DNA of 64,000 nt from Blastocatellia bacterium (GTDB taxonomy: Bacteria; Acidobacteriota; Blastocatellia; UBA7656): NCBI GenBank assembly GCA_963765495.1, contig CAVXWP010000004.1, positions 224,001 through 288,000 of the forward strand. The letters are read 5' to 3'. The position numbers and the translations under genes are program-made. A model generated the notes under the pieces. The model did not search any database. It was not told the origin of the DNA and worked only from the letters and a program-made list of their open reading frames with translations. This document shows positions 18,441 through 27,281 of the stretch, in pieces. Within the stretch, counting starts at the first letter, position 1, and each line of letters begins with the position of its first letter.

Positions 18441-19097
18441 ATGAGCTTTGATAGCTGCAATTCGAAGAGAACCTGCGCAGGAGTCGAGCGCGTAGCGGAA
18501 GCCAATCTGCCTACCGAATTCGGCTGCTTCAGGATTATTGGGTTCACAGGCGTAGAGAGCCAGGAAGAGTTTGTCGTTCTGGTCAAAGGAGAGTTGAGCG
18601 AATCCAAGCCCAGCCTCGTCCGAATCCACTCGCAATGCCTCACGGGCGATGTTTTTCACTCGATCAAATGCGATTGCGGTCCTCAACTCTATTTCGCGAT
18701 GAAACTGATTCAGCAGGAAGGCCACGGCGTAATCATATACCAGCCGCAGGAAGGGCGCGGCATCGGGATTATAAACAAGATTCGCGCCTACGCTCTTCAG
18801 GATGCCGGACAGGATACCGTGGAAGCCAACCTCTCGCTAGGATTCGAAGCCGACCTGCGGCAATACGAATGCTGCGCAGAAATAATTCGTCAACTCGGGC
18901 TGCGGCAGGTTCGCATTATGTCGAACAACCCTGAAAAGATCGCGGCCCTGCGCGCCGCAGGTATTGAGATAGTGGAGCGGGTTCCAATTGAAATCGCTCC
19001 GCAAGAACGCTCGCTCGGCTATCTGAAGACCAAGAAGGAAAAGTTCGGTCATCTGCTCGAAAATCTCGACCCCAAAGATGAGAAAGTCAGCGCCTGA
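18441..19097 (+). CDS. ribA: GTP cyclohydrolase II
   Basis: [46 protein letters not shown]. Confidence 0.96.
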   Translation: MSFDSCNSKRTCAGVERVAEANLPTEFGCFRIIGFTGVESQEEFVVLVKGELSESKPSLVRIHSQCLTGDVFHSIKCDCGPQLYFAMKLIQQEGHGVIIYQPQEGRGIGIINKIRAYALQDAGQDTVEANLSLGFEADLRQYECCAEIIRQLGLRQVRIMSNNPEKIAALRAAGIEIVERVPIEIAPQERSLGYLKTKKEKFGHLLENLDPKDEKVSA

Positions 19098-19118
19098 ACC
19101 CTCCCCGGCTCAAACACT

Positions 19119-20207
19119 TCAAACAGCGTTAGTCAGATAATCCGCTTCGTCGTCGGTGAGAGCTACGCACGCGCCAGTCGTTTTATCGAGCAATAATAGA
19201 AATTCGTCGGTGCGCCTGAGGCGAGGCCAATCGTCAGGCCAACCATCGGTCTCGACAGGTTCATTCTTACCAGCCGCAGAAATACTTGAAATCATCTGAT
19301 CGGGGACAAAGACTTCATCTCCCCACTGCAAGACCCAGCGACCATTTTCGCCGTCTGCGAAGACTGTCTTCATCTTTCCGCGAACGATTTCGCTGACATT
19401 CAATTTTGAAAGCTCGCTTCGAATAATTGCCGCCCATTTTCGCGCCTCTCTCGCGGTAAAGGCTGCGCGCTTATCCGAGTCTTTTATCTCAAGTCCTTCT
19501 GTTGCCCGGGCTGCGACCAATCGAAATTCCGGCGCGATCTCTTCAAAGGGCGTGACCTCGCCTGTTTCAGAAAATGTGTCAAGAGCCGAAGCCAGCCGAC
19601 CGGCCGTCTGCAAATGTATGGTCACGCCTTTTAGTGTAAGCGTGGGCGGACGCTTGCGCCGAGACTCTTTATCCGGTGAATCGAGGAGGGGCGCTCTTCT
19701 TTCAAGCTCTGCGATGTGGTCCGAACCAAGCAGCACCCAGCGCCCGTTTCGTTGATCGCTGAGCAACAATCTTTCAGCGCCGAGGCTGGCGTTCAACCAT
19801 TCGGGCAGCCCCTCAACCTGACCGGCTGTGACGGGCGCGTCACGAAAAGCCGCTAGCAATCGAGAAACGCTTTCGAGGTCGAGCCACAACTCAGATTGAG
19901 GGTGCGAGAGCAAAATGTTATCGCCGATATTTGCCATCACAACCTCGTCCGACATCCTTAGAATGTCATACGCCTCGGCCCGGAAGCCGATGGCCGCAAG
20001 ATAATGAGCTAAATCCCTGGTCCCGAAACTGGCCTCGCGATTGCGGTATCTCAATACGATCTCACCGGCCGATCTGATGATCAGACCGCTCCCGCTGTGG
20101 CGGACTACGCGAGAGACTTCCGCTTCCTCGTCCAGAAAAGCTGTCAGGCTCTCTAAAAGGTAAGGAGCGAAGGCAAGCCCGCAGTTGATCGAATACAGAT
20201 TGATCAT
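19119..20207 (-). CDS. Hypothetical protein (about 362 aa)
   Basis: Long ORF starting 2 nt after the upstream stop; no family recognised. Confidence 0.75.
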   Translation of the reverse strand: MINLYSINCGLAFAPYLLESLTAFLDEEAEVSRVVRHSGSGLIIRSAGEIVLRYRNREASFGTRDLAHYLAAIGFRAEAYDILRMSDEVVMANIGDNILLSHPQSELWLDLESVSRLLAAFRDAPVTAGQVEGLPEWLNASLGAERLLLSDQRNGRWVLLGSDHIAELERRAPLLDSPDKESRRKRPPTLTLKGVTIHLQTAGRLASALDTFSETGEVTPFEEIAPEFRLVAARATEGLEIKDSDKRAAFTAREARKWAAIIRSELSKLNVSEIVRGKMKTVFADGENGRWVLQWGDEVFVPDQMISSISAAGKNEPVETDGWPDDWPRLRRTDEFLLLLDKTTGACVALTDDEADYLTNAV

Positions 20208-20209
20208 CT

Positions 20210-22366
20210 TCAAGCTTCCTCGCCCGGCTCTCTTGCGAGGATGACACGCACATCCACGGCAACGGCTTTGTCCGGGTAGGCAAAGACCGGGTTCAATTCC
20301 ATCTCTGAGATGTCGGGGTTCGACATGACGCAATCGCCCAGCGCCAGCATCAGATCGACAACCGCCTCGAAATTTACGGGAGGCATGCCCCGTAGCCCGT
20401 GAAGAATCGGCGCGGACTTTATCTCGTTTATCATCTGTATCGCGTCGTCCCGCCCGATGGGCAGTATGCGAAATGCGGTATCGCGCATCACCTCTACGGC
20501 GATGCCTCCAAGCCCAAACATCAGGACGTGTCCATATTGCTCATCTCGTTTGACACCCACGATCACTTCCGCAAGCGGCGGCGGGAGCATCGGAGAAGCG
20601 AGCACGCCGTTAAAATCGTAGTCGAGGTGATTTGCCTCGGCATACTTTTTGGCCGACTTCCGGATTTGAACGAATGCCGCTCGCGCCTCTTCGGGTTCTC
20701 TGATATTGAGAACCACGCCCCCGGCTTCGGTCTTATGAGTGATCGCCGCAGACACAAGCTTTAGAACCACAGACCCGTTTGATTTGCCGACATACCTGGC
20801 CGCCTCATCCGCCGAGTGGCAGAGCGAGGAAGGCGCGATGAGGATACCGTAATCGGCCGCCATCTCGATTGCTTCATTGAGCAGCAGGGTGGCACGACCC
20901 TCCGCGCGGGCCTTATGGAAATTCGGCCAGCGCGCTCCGGGTGTAAATGAGGGGGCGCTCAAATCTCTTGCAAGATATAGCCCGCGCTCATAAGCCGCCG
21001 TGATGCACCGGCTCGCCACATCGAGAGATTCGACCACCGGCACCCCGCCCCGGCTCAGCACCCTGATAGGCTCGCTGCGTCTGCGGGCATAGAGGCTATG
21101 GACCACGAGCGGTTTGCGTGCGCGTGAAGCTATCTCAAGCACCTTTCGGGCGGTTTCTGCCTCGGACGCTTCAAGCTCTTCGGCAAAGCGGATTGCATAA
21201 CCGCCGAAGAGTCCTATCCAGAGCACGCCGCCCACCGCCTCGTCTTCCATCAGGACCTCCATGCAGCGGGCAAAGATGCCGAGGTCGGCATCGGCCGCTC
21301 CGGCCACGTCTACCGGATTTGTTACGCTTGCCGCAGGGCTCAGAATTTCCCGCAAACGCGCTCGGGTCTTTTCAGACAGACGAGCAAGCCGGACGCCAGC
21401 TTCCACGAGCGCATCGGTTGAATGAGTGGCGTGCCCGCCGCCGTCCGAGAGAATTGCAAGCCCCAGACCGGCCTTGATTTCGGGCTGGCGTGCGAGCGTT
21501 TCAGCTACGTGAAACTGCTCATCGGTGCGGGTCACCTCGATGACGCCCACCTGTTTCAACGCCGAATGAAGCACGGCATAGGAACCGGCTATCGCGCCCG
21601 TGTGCGATTTTGCCGACGCACCACCGGCTTCGCTTCTTCCCATCTTCAACAGCACAAGCGGCTTTCGCGGGGTGATGCGGCGCGCGGCTTCGAGGAATTT
21701 CCGTCCATTCTGAAAGCCTTCGACGCAGATAAGTATGGCGGTCGTGTTTGGATCGTTTTCAAGGTATTCGAGATATTCGTGATAAGCGATATCGGTTTCG
21801 TTCCCAACGCCCACGCAGATGGAAAAACCATTATTGGAGCGTGCCGTGGCCTGAGTGATCAAGGCCAGAGCCATGTTTCCCGACTGGGCGAGCAAGGCCA
21901 GGTTGCCTTTTCTGACATTGCGCGTGCCGACAAGGTTTATGGATCGCGGCAGGTTCAACACACCCGATGTATTAGGGCCAACGACGCGTATGCCGGTCTT
22001 TCGGATGATGTCGGAAATTTCGGCTTCGAGTCGAGCGCCTTCCGCGCCCGATTCGCGAAAGCCAAGCGCCAGAACTACGGCGGCGCGAATCCCCTTCTCT
22101 GCGCAGGCCCTCAGAATGTCGGGCACGCCGCGAGCGGGCGCGCACACGAGCGCCAGGTCCGGGTCGCCCTCGATTTCCTGAATGGAAGGGGCTACCTCGA
22201 TCCCAAACAACTCGCCGCCTTTCGGGTTTACCGGGTAAATCTTTCCCGCATACCCCGATTCTGCAAGGGCGCGAACCGCCTGGTAACCGCGTTTGGTCTT
22301 GTTGTGTGAAGCGCCTATTATGGCGATGCCTTTAGGCTCGAATATACAGCTTACTGAACTGGTCAT
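20210..22366 (-). CDS. Acyl-CoA synthetase (NDP-forming), acetate--CoA ligase family
   Basis: IAIIGAS, IYPVNPK, VVGPNTSG, AQSGN, SHTGAIAG, HKTEAGGV, ELNPV ATP-grasp. Confidence 0.92.
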   Translation of the reverse strand: MTSSVSCIFEPKGIAIIGASHNKTKRGYQAVRALAESGYAGKIYPVNPKGGELFGIEVAPSIQEIEGDPDLALVCAPARGVPDILRACAEKGIRAAVVLALGFRESGAEGARLEAEISDIIRKTGIRVVGPNTSGVLNLPRSINLVGTRNVRKGNLALLAQSGNMALALITQATARSNNGFSICVGVGNETDIAYHEYLEYLENDPNTTAILICVEGFQNGRKFLEAARRITPRKPLVLLKMGRSEAGGASAKSHTGAIAGSYAVLHSALKQVGVIEVTRTDEQFHVAETLARQPEIKAGLGLAILSDGGGHATHSTDALVEAGVRLARLSEKTRARLREILSPAASVTNPVDVAGAADADLGIFARCMEVLMEDEAVGGVLWIGLFGGYAIRFAEELEASEAETARKVLEIASRARKPLVVHSLYARRRSEPIRVLSRGGVPVVESLDVASRCITAAYERGLYLARDLSAPSFTPGARWPNFHKARAEGRATLLLNEAIEMAADYGILIAPSSLCHSADEAARYVGKSNGSVVLKLVSAAITHKTEAGGVVLNIREPEEARAAFVQIRKSAKKYAEANHLDYDFNGVLASPMLPPPLAEVIVGVKRDEQYGHVLMFGLGGIAVEVMRDTAFRILPIGRDDAIQMINEIKSAPILHGLRGMPPVNFEAVVDLMLALGDCVMSNPDISEMELNPVFAYPDKAVAVDVRVILAREPGEEA

Positions 22367-22372
22367 GACGTT

Positions 22373-23164
22373 TTATTTTCCTCGGAAATTGGGATCGCGC
22401 TTTTCGGCAAAAGCCCTGATGCCCTCTTCCCAATCGTCTGTTCTCATGCAGGCGATCAGGGCTTCGGCTTCCAGATCCATAGCCGTTTCAGGATCGAGGA
22501 ATCCGGCGCGATTCAGCAATCGCTTTGCGAATGACAACGAGACAGGGGCCTTTTGGGCGAGGCGAGCGGCGATTTCGAGCGCACGCGTCAACACCTGATC
22601 GGCTGGTGCTGACTGGTTGGCAAGTCCGAAAGCTACGGCATCCGCGCCGTTGAAAAAATCGCCGAGCATTATCAATTCCTTCGCCCTGGCCAGGCCGACT
22701 CGCTGTGTCAGCGTGTAGATGGCCCCGCCGCCTACAAACGTTCCCAGCGAGATTTCTGGAAAACGAAGCTTTGCCTCGCTTGCCGCGATGATGAAATCGG
22801 CAGAGAGCGCCATCTCAAGACCGGCCCCGATGGCGTGCCCGTTTACGGCTGCAACAACGGGCCGCGAACAATTCTGGATCAATCGGGCGGCCTGCTGACC
22901 GGCGGTCACATACTTGCGTCTGTCGGCATCTGTCAACTCACCGCTTCCGTGAGCCTTTAAGTCTGCGCCTACCGAAAACGCCCGACCCGCGCCGGTCAAA
23001 ACTACGGCTCGCACTTCGGTATCTTCGGAAATGTCTTCGAAGGCTGATTTGAGAGACTCATACATCGGGCGGCTGACGGCATTCAGGCGGTCGGGCCGGT
23101 TAAAGGTAAGAAGTGCTATATTTTCTCTCTTTTCATACAGCAGGGGAAGGTCTTCGCTTGTCAC
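22373..23164 (-). CDS. Enoyl-CoA hydratase/isomerase
   Basis: NRPDRLNA, AFSVGADL, AAVNGHAIGAGLE, FPEISLG, AFAEKRDPNFRG. Confidence 0.93.
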   Translation of the reverse strand: MTSEDLPLLYEKRENIALLTFNRPDRLNAVSRPMYESLKSAFEDISEDTEVRAVVLTGAGRAFSVGADLKAHGSGELTDADRRKYVTAGQQAARLIQNCSRPVVAAVNGHAIGAGLEMALSADFIIAASEAKLRFPEISLGTFVGGGAIYTLTQRVGLARAKELIMLGDFFNGADAVAFGLANQSAPADQVLTRALEIAARLAQKAPVSLSFAKRLLNRAGFLDPETAMDLEAEALIACMRTDDWEEGIRAFAEKRDPNFRGK

Positions 23165-23365
23165 GGGCTCTCCAAAAAGCAGGCTTTAGCCTGGGGTACG
23201 GACGTAGCTTGACATCCAAAATTCACATCTATTCAACAAAGCCATTCTATTGCAATAGGCTGGGGGTGTCAAAAAAGCACGCCTGAGATGGTGCCAGACA
23301 CAAAACCGTACAGAATGTCATAATCTCCGTTGCGTAGCGGGAGCAAGTTCGATAGAAATACCAAT

Positions 23366-23671
23366 ATGTCAAAAAAATCTCGTCTGGAAGCCATAATCAA
23401 GATCGCAGAAACCAGCACGTTGCTCGCAAGCGACGGAGATGAGATACGAAAGAAGGTTTGGGAAAGCGGCGTCTATCTTGGAGAAGACCAGCACGTCTAT
23501 CACATATTTTTTCAGCCGTGGCGTGACGACATTCGCGGCCACATCGCGGCAAAACGATCAATCGGCGAGTACCTCAGGTGGGTAGATGGTCTCTTCATTC
23601 CCGGAGAAGTCCCCTCGGAGACCACCGGGGTGCATTATCGCGCCGCCCGCAAGCTTAGAGAGTTGCTTTGA
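23366..23671 (+). CDS. Hypothetical protein
   Basis: ~101 aa ORF filling an intergenic gap; start could be TTG 23330. Confidence 0.6.
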   Translation: MSKKSRLEAIIKIAETSTLLASDGDEIRKKVWESGVYLGEDQHVYHIFFQPWRDDIRGHIAAKRSIGEYLRWVDGLFIPGEVPSETTGVHYRAARKLRELL

Positions 23672-23771
23672 GTGATTCGTGATGCGCGATTCGTGATTTG
23701 CCGGGCCAGCAATAAATCGTTAACAGATGATCTCCAAAAGAGTCACGCATCACGCACAACGCATCACGCAT
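23672..23771. repeat. Family A heptamer element, copy 3
   Basis: GTGATTC GTGATGC GCGATTC GTGATTT, 42 nt spacer, GTCAC GCATCAC GCACAAC GCATCAC; starts directly after a TGA. Confidence 0.93.
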
Positions 23772-23830
23772 TAAGCACCCTGTTTGAATAGAGGCTGGAT
23801 GCCGCCGCCAACGGATGTTATATTTAATCT

Positions 23831-24259
23831 ATGCTCTACAGAAAACCACGGGTCGGTCAGGACATAAACGCCTACTGCGGAAAATGCAAAGATGAGCGCA
23901 CACATGTGGTCGCCGCTATGGACGGCGAGACAGTGCGCAGAGTCACTTGCTCGATGTGCGGCGGAACTCACAATTACAGATCAAAAACGGCGGCTCCAGC
24001 AAAGACTACGCGCTCGAAGGCGGCGGCCACGACAAAAGGCGGGAAGCGAACCAGCCAGGCAAAATCATTCGAGATTGATCCGGCTCAGCCTGTCAAAAAC
24101 TATAATATGAACGCAAGTTTTTCAGCCGGAGACGTTATCAGTCATCCCAAATTCGGGCGTGGCAAGGTCGAGGCGGCAGTGCCGCCCAACAAGATCGAAG
24201 TCAGATTTCAGGAAGGCCGAAAAATGCTGCTGCATAATATGCAGCACTATCACTCTTAA
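23831..24259 (+). CDS. Zn-ribbon protein with C-terminal HPKFGxG (UvrD/PcrA CTD-like) domain
   Basis: CGKC...H...CSMC...H, basic linker, GDVISHPKFGRGKV. Confidence 0.75.
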   Translation: MLYRKPRVGQDINAYCGKCKDERTHVVAAMDGETVRRVTCSMCGGTHNYRSKTAAPAKTTRSKAAATTKGGKRTSQAKSFEIDPAQPVKNYNMNASFSAGDVISHPKFGRGKVEAAVPPNKIEVRFQEGRKMLLHNMQHYHS

Positions 24260-24299
24260 GAAACACCTCTTAAGAAATCGCACAAATCGAATGAATAGA

Positions 24300-24332
24300 G
24301 GAGCCGCCGTCTGATCATGTAACGGCGGCTCC
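24300..24332. terminator. Hairpin between convergent genes
   Basis: GGAGCCGCCGT...ACGGCGGCTCC 11 bp stem. Confidence 0.65.
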
Positions 24333-24478
24333 AGGATAGCCGGAACAGTTTCGTCGGGAACGAAGAATACGATTTACCGAATACGATTTACCGAGACCGG
24401 CAGAAATCGCGCCAGCTTCAAACCATTCATTTAAAAACTGCTCGTTCGAATGCTTGATTCCAGCCCGAATCCTGTGTC

Positions 24479-24721
24479 TCAACTCTTGAAAAAATCCGCG
24501 TTCTTGCCCACGAAGCTTTGCCATTTTGGCGGCACTTCATCTTCTAAGAAGATCGCCGAGACGGGGCAGGCCGGCTCGCACGCGCCGCAATCAATACAGG
24601 TTGCCGGGTCGATGTACATCTGCACTTCGTCCGGCCCCCCCTGTATGCAATCGACCGGGCATACATCAACGCAAACAAGCTCTTTTGCACCGATGCATGG
24701 CTCGCAAATTACGTACGTCAA
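24479..24721 (-). CDS. Dicluster ferredoxin (FdxA-like), TTG start
   Basis: [10 protein letters not shown] and [12 protein letters not shown]; GAGGAG SD. Confidence 0.92.
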   Translation of the reverse strand: MTYVICEPCIGAKELVCVDVCPVDCIQGGPDEVQMYIDPATCIDCGACEPACPVSAIFLEDEVPPKWQSFVGKNADFFKS

Positions 24722-24744
24722 ACCTGATACTCCTCAACCCGAAC

Positions 24745-25002
24745 CTACTTGAAGTAATCGGCATTCATCGCCGTAAAGTGTGCCCACTGCTCAGGAAGGT
24801 CGTCTTCGGTAAAGATCGCCTGGACCGGGCAGGCCGGTTCGCACGCGCCGCAATCTATGCACTCATCCGGGTGGATGTATAGCATCTCTGCGCCGTCGAA
24901 CTCCGCCTCATCTTTGCGCGGGTGAATGCAATCTACAGGGCAGACATCTACGCAAGCTGTGTCCTTTGTCCCTATGCAGGGTTCTGCAATAACATATGTC
25001 AT
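24745..25002 (-). CDS. Dicluster ferredoxin (FdxA-like)
   Basis: MTYVIAEPC...[10 protein letters not shown]...[12 protein letters not shown]; AAGGAGG SD. Confidence 0.95.
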   Translation of the reverse strand: MTYVIAEPCIGTKDTACVDVCPVDCIHPRKDEAEFDGAEMLYIHPDECIDCGACEPACPVQAIFTEDDLPEQWAHFTAMNADYFK

Positions 25003-25119
25003 CTAATCGAATTCCTCCTTACTAGTGTGTTTTCAGCCAAGGATGATTGCTACCTTTGTCCTAAGACAATTTCCATATTTTCGCCATAAGAGTCAATAGC
25101 AAATGGAGGGATTTCAGGA

Positions 25120-25244
25120 GGGATGAGGGATGAGGGATGAGGGATGAAAAAGAATCTGGACAATATCTCGATTAATGCGATTGTCCATTTACCAGTATTA
25201 CCCCCATCAGTCCTTTTCATCCCTCATCCCTCATCCCTCATCTC
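25120..25244. repeat. Inverted tandem-heptamer element, unit GGGATGA (family D)
   Basis: (GGGATGA)4, spacer with 8 bp hairpin, (TCATCCC)3 TCATCTC; right arm encodes the end of aspA. Confidence 0.95.
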
Positions 25245-26643
25245 TGTAAGTTGTCATCGCATACGTATCCATAATTTCGGCCAGTTCTTCGGGCGATAGC
25301 AAACCTTCTTCGCTGATTGTCTCTCGTATGGTCTTGCCTTTTGCCACAGCTCGCTTGGCGATCTCGGCGGCGCGGGCGTAGCCGATCTTCGGGTTCAGGG
25401 CCGTCACAAGCGAGACGCTGTTTTCGACATACCAGCGGCAACGGTCTTCATTCGCAGTTATCCCTTCGATGCATCGCTCGCCAAGCACTCTCATGTCGTT
25501 TGCCAGAATCCGGAGCGACATCAGGAGGTTGAAGGCGATGACGGGCATCATGACGTTTAGCTCCAACTGCCCGGCCTGCGCGGCCATCGTTATTACGAGG
25601 TCGTTTCCAATCACCTGAAAACATACCATGTTGGTCATCTCGGCCATCACGGGATTTACCTTGCCGGGCATTATGGAAGAGCCGGGCTGGACCGCAGGTA
25701 AAAAGATTTCCGTAAGCCCCGTGTTTGGCCCCGAAGCGAGAAGGCGTAAATCGTTTGCTATGCGGATAGTATCGGTCGCAAGCGTCTTGAGCGCCCCCGA
25801 AAGCTGCACAAAAGGCGACATGCTCTGCATGGCCTCAAAATAGTCACCGGCAGGTCTGAGGTCTTCCCCTGTAATGCGGCTCAACTCCTCGATCACGCGC
25901 CTGCGATAGCCGGGAACCGCGTTCAGCCCGGTTCCGGCGGCCGTGCCTCCTAGCCCAAGCTCTCTCGACTCGCGCGCGGCTTCGAGCACGCGGTCACCAT
26001 TTTTTCTGATGGCGACCGCGTAGGCTCCGAATTCCTGTCCGAGCCTGACCGGCACCGCATCCTGCAAATGGGTGCGGCCAGATTTTACTATCCTGTCGAA
26101 CTCTTCGGATTTGTCGCCGAAGGCGCGGGCCAGATCACTGAGGGCGGGTATCAAATCTTTTCGAACCAGTTCGAGCGAGGCGAGTCGGATCGCCGTGGGA
26201 ATCACATCGTTTGTAGACTGGCCCATGTTGACGTGATCATTTGGATGGACCTTCGAATAGTCGCCTCTGTCCCCGCCTAGCAATTCGATGGCTCGATTGG
26301 CCAGAACTTCGTTTGCATTCATGTTGTGCGAAGTTCCGGCCCCGGCCTGAAACGGGTCCACGACAAACTGGTCTCTGAGATTGCCCGCGAGCACTTCATC
26401 GGCCGCCGCTATGATGGCTTCGGCTATTTCCTGATCCAGCGCGCCAAGCTCAAAATTTGTGCGAGCCGCTGCCTTCTTTATCTGCACCGTCGAGGTGACA
26501 AACGAGGGGAAGGGTTTCCAGCCTGATATGGGAAAGTTTTCGACGGCGCGAGCGGTCTGGATGCCGTAGTAAACATCTGCGGGCAACTCGCGCTCTCCAA
26601 GAGAATCACGTTCCGTTCGACTTTGTCGGGTCAAAGGTGACAT
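25231..26643 (-). CDS. aspA: Aspartate ammonia-lyase (fumarase/aspartase superfamily)
   Basis: YYGIQTARA, QAGAGTSHNMNANE (AspA-like rather than FumC QTGSGT), GSSIMPGKVNP. Confidence 0.8.
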   Translation of the reverse strand: MSPLTRQSRTERDSLGERELPADVYYGIQTARAVENFPISGWKPFPSFVTSTVQIKKAAARTNFELGALDQEIAEAIIAAADEVLAGNLRDQFVVDPFQAGAGTSHNMNANEVLANRAIELLGGDRGDYSKVHPNDHVNMGQSTNDVIPTAIRLASLELVRKDLIPALSDLARAFGDKSEEFDRIVKSGRTHLQDAVPVRLGQEFGAYAVAIRKNGDRVLEAARESRELGLGGTAAGTGLNAVPGYRRRVIEELSRITGEDLRPAGDYFEAMQSMSPFVQLSGALKTLATDTIRIANDLRLLASGPNTGLTEIFLPAVQPGSSIMPGKVNPVMAEMTNMVCFQVIGNDLVITMAAQAGQLELNVMMPVIAFNLLMSLRILANDMRVLGERCIEGITANEDRCRWYVENSVSLVTALNPKIGYARAAEIAKRAVAKGKTIRETISEEGLLSPEELAEIMDTYAMTTYRDEG

Positions 26644-27268
26644 GTGGAATCATCTCCGCTTTTTCCTTCATGGTCACGCGTCCAGCGAGGTTTTTCTGCA
26701 CTTTTTCTATAGGGACAAAGGCGAGCGTGCTGTCTACGAGTTTCTCATTCGGTCTGTAGCCAAGCCCGAATTCGGGAAGTTCCGGTCTGTTCATCAGCCG
26801 TTTGATGTCCCATATAGTCTCTTCGCGCGAGTATGCGGCCAGTTCGCTCTGTCGGCTCATGATGATGGCTTCCTCCGGGCAGGCATCTACGCAGAACCCG
26901 CAGTAGACGCATCTGAGCATGTCTATCTCAAACCGCTTCGGGAATTTTTCAATAAGAGGATCGGGATGCTCTCCCGCCTCGATGTAGATGCAATCGGCCG
27001 GGCAGGCCGTCGCGCACATATAGCAGGCTACACAACGCGGAGAGCCGTCTTCGCGAGCGGTCAGGATATGCGCGCCTCGATAGCGTTCGGAATAACTGCG
27101 GCGCTCTTCCGGGTATCTGATCGTGGGGTCAATCTTGCCGGTGAGGTTTTCAACCATCCGGGTAAAGGTCAGTCCCATACCTACGAGCGGGCCGAGAATC
27201 TCTTTCGAGAAAGAAGCATCCTTTGCGGCGCGGTCGGCTACGTTTACAACTCTCGCATCTTTTTTCAT
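26606..27268 (-). CDS. nuoI: NADH-quinone oxidoreductase subunit I
   Basis: YPEE...RYRG, CVACYMCATACP, CVYCGFCVDACP. Confidence 0.92.
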   Translation of the reverse strand: MKKDARVVNVADRAAKDASFSKEILGPLVGMGLTFTRMVENLTGKIDPTIRYPEERRSYSERYRGAHILTAREDGSPRCVACYMCATACPADCIYIEAGEHPDPLIEKFPKRFEIDMLRCVYCGFCVDACPEEAIIMSRQSELAAYSREETIWDIKRLMNRPELPEFGLGYRPNEKLVDSTLAFVPIEKVQKNLAGRVTMKEKAEMIPHVTFDPTKSNGT

Positions 27269-27281
27269 AAAATCACTTCAA

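Noticed and set aside
18287-18725. Minus-strand ORFs over the family G repeat and ribA
   Set aside because: Antisense shadows; the NPVNPV ending is just the translated repeat.
21422-22309. 295 aa plus-strand ORF
   Set aside because: Antisense to the acyl-CoA synthetase, with no motifs.
24253-24395. Short direct repeats CTCTTAAGAAA x2 and ATACGATTTACCGA x2
   Set aside because: Isolated local duplications with no element ends between them.
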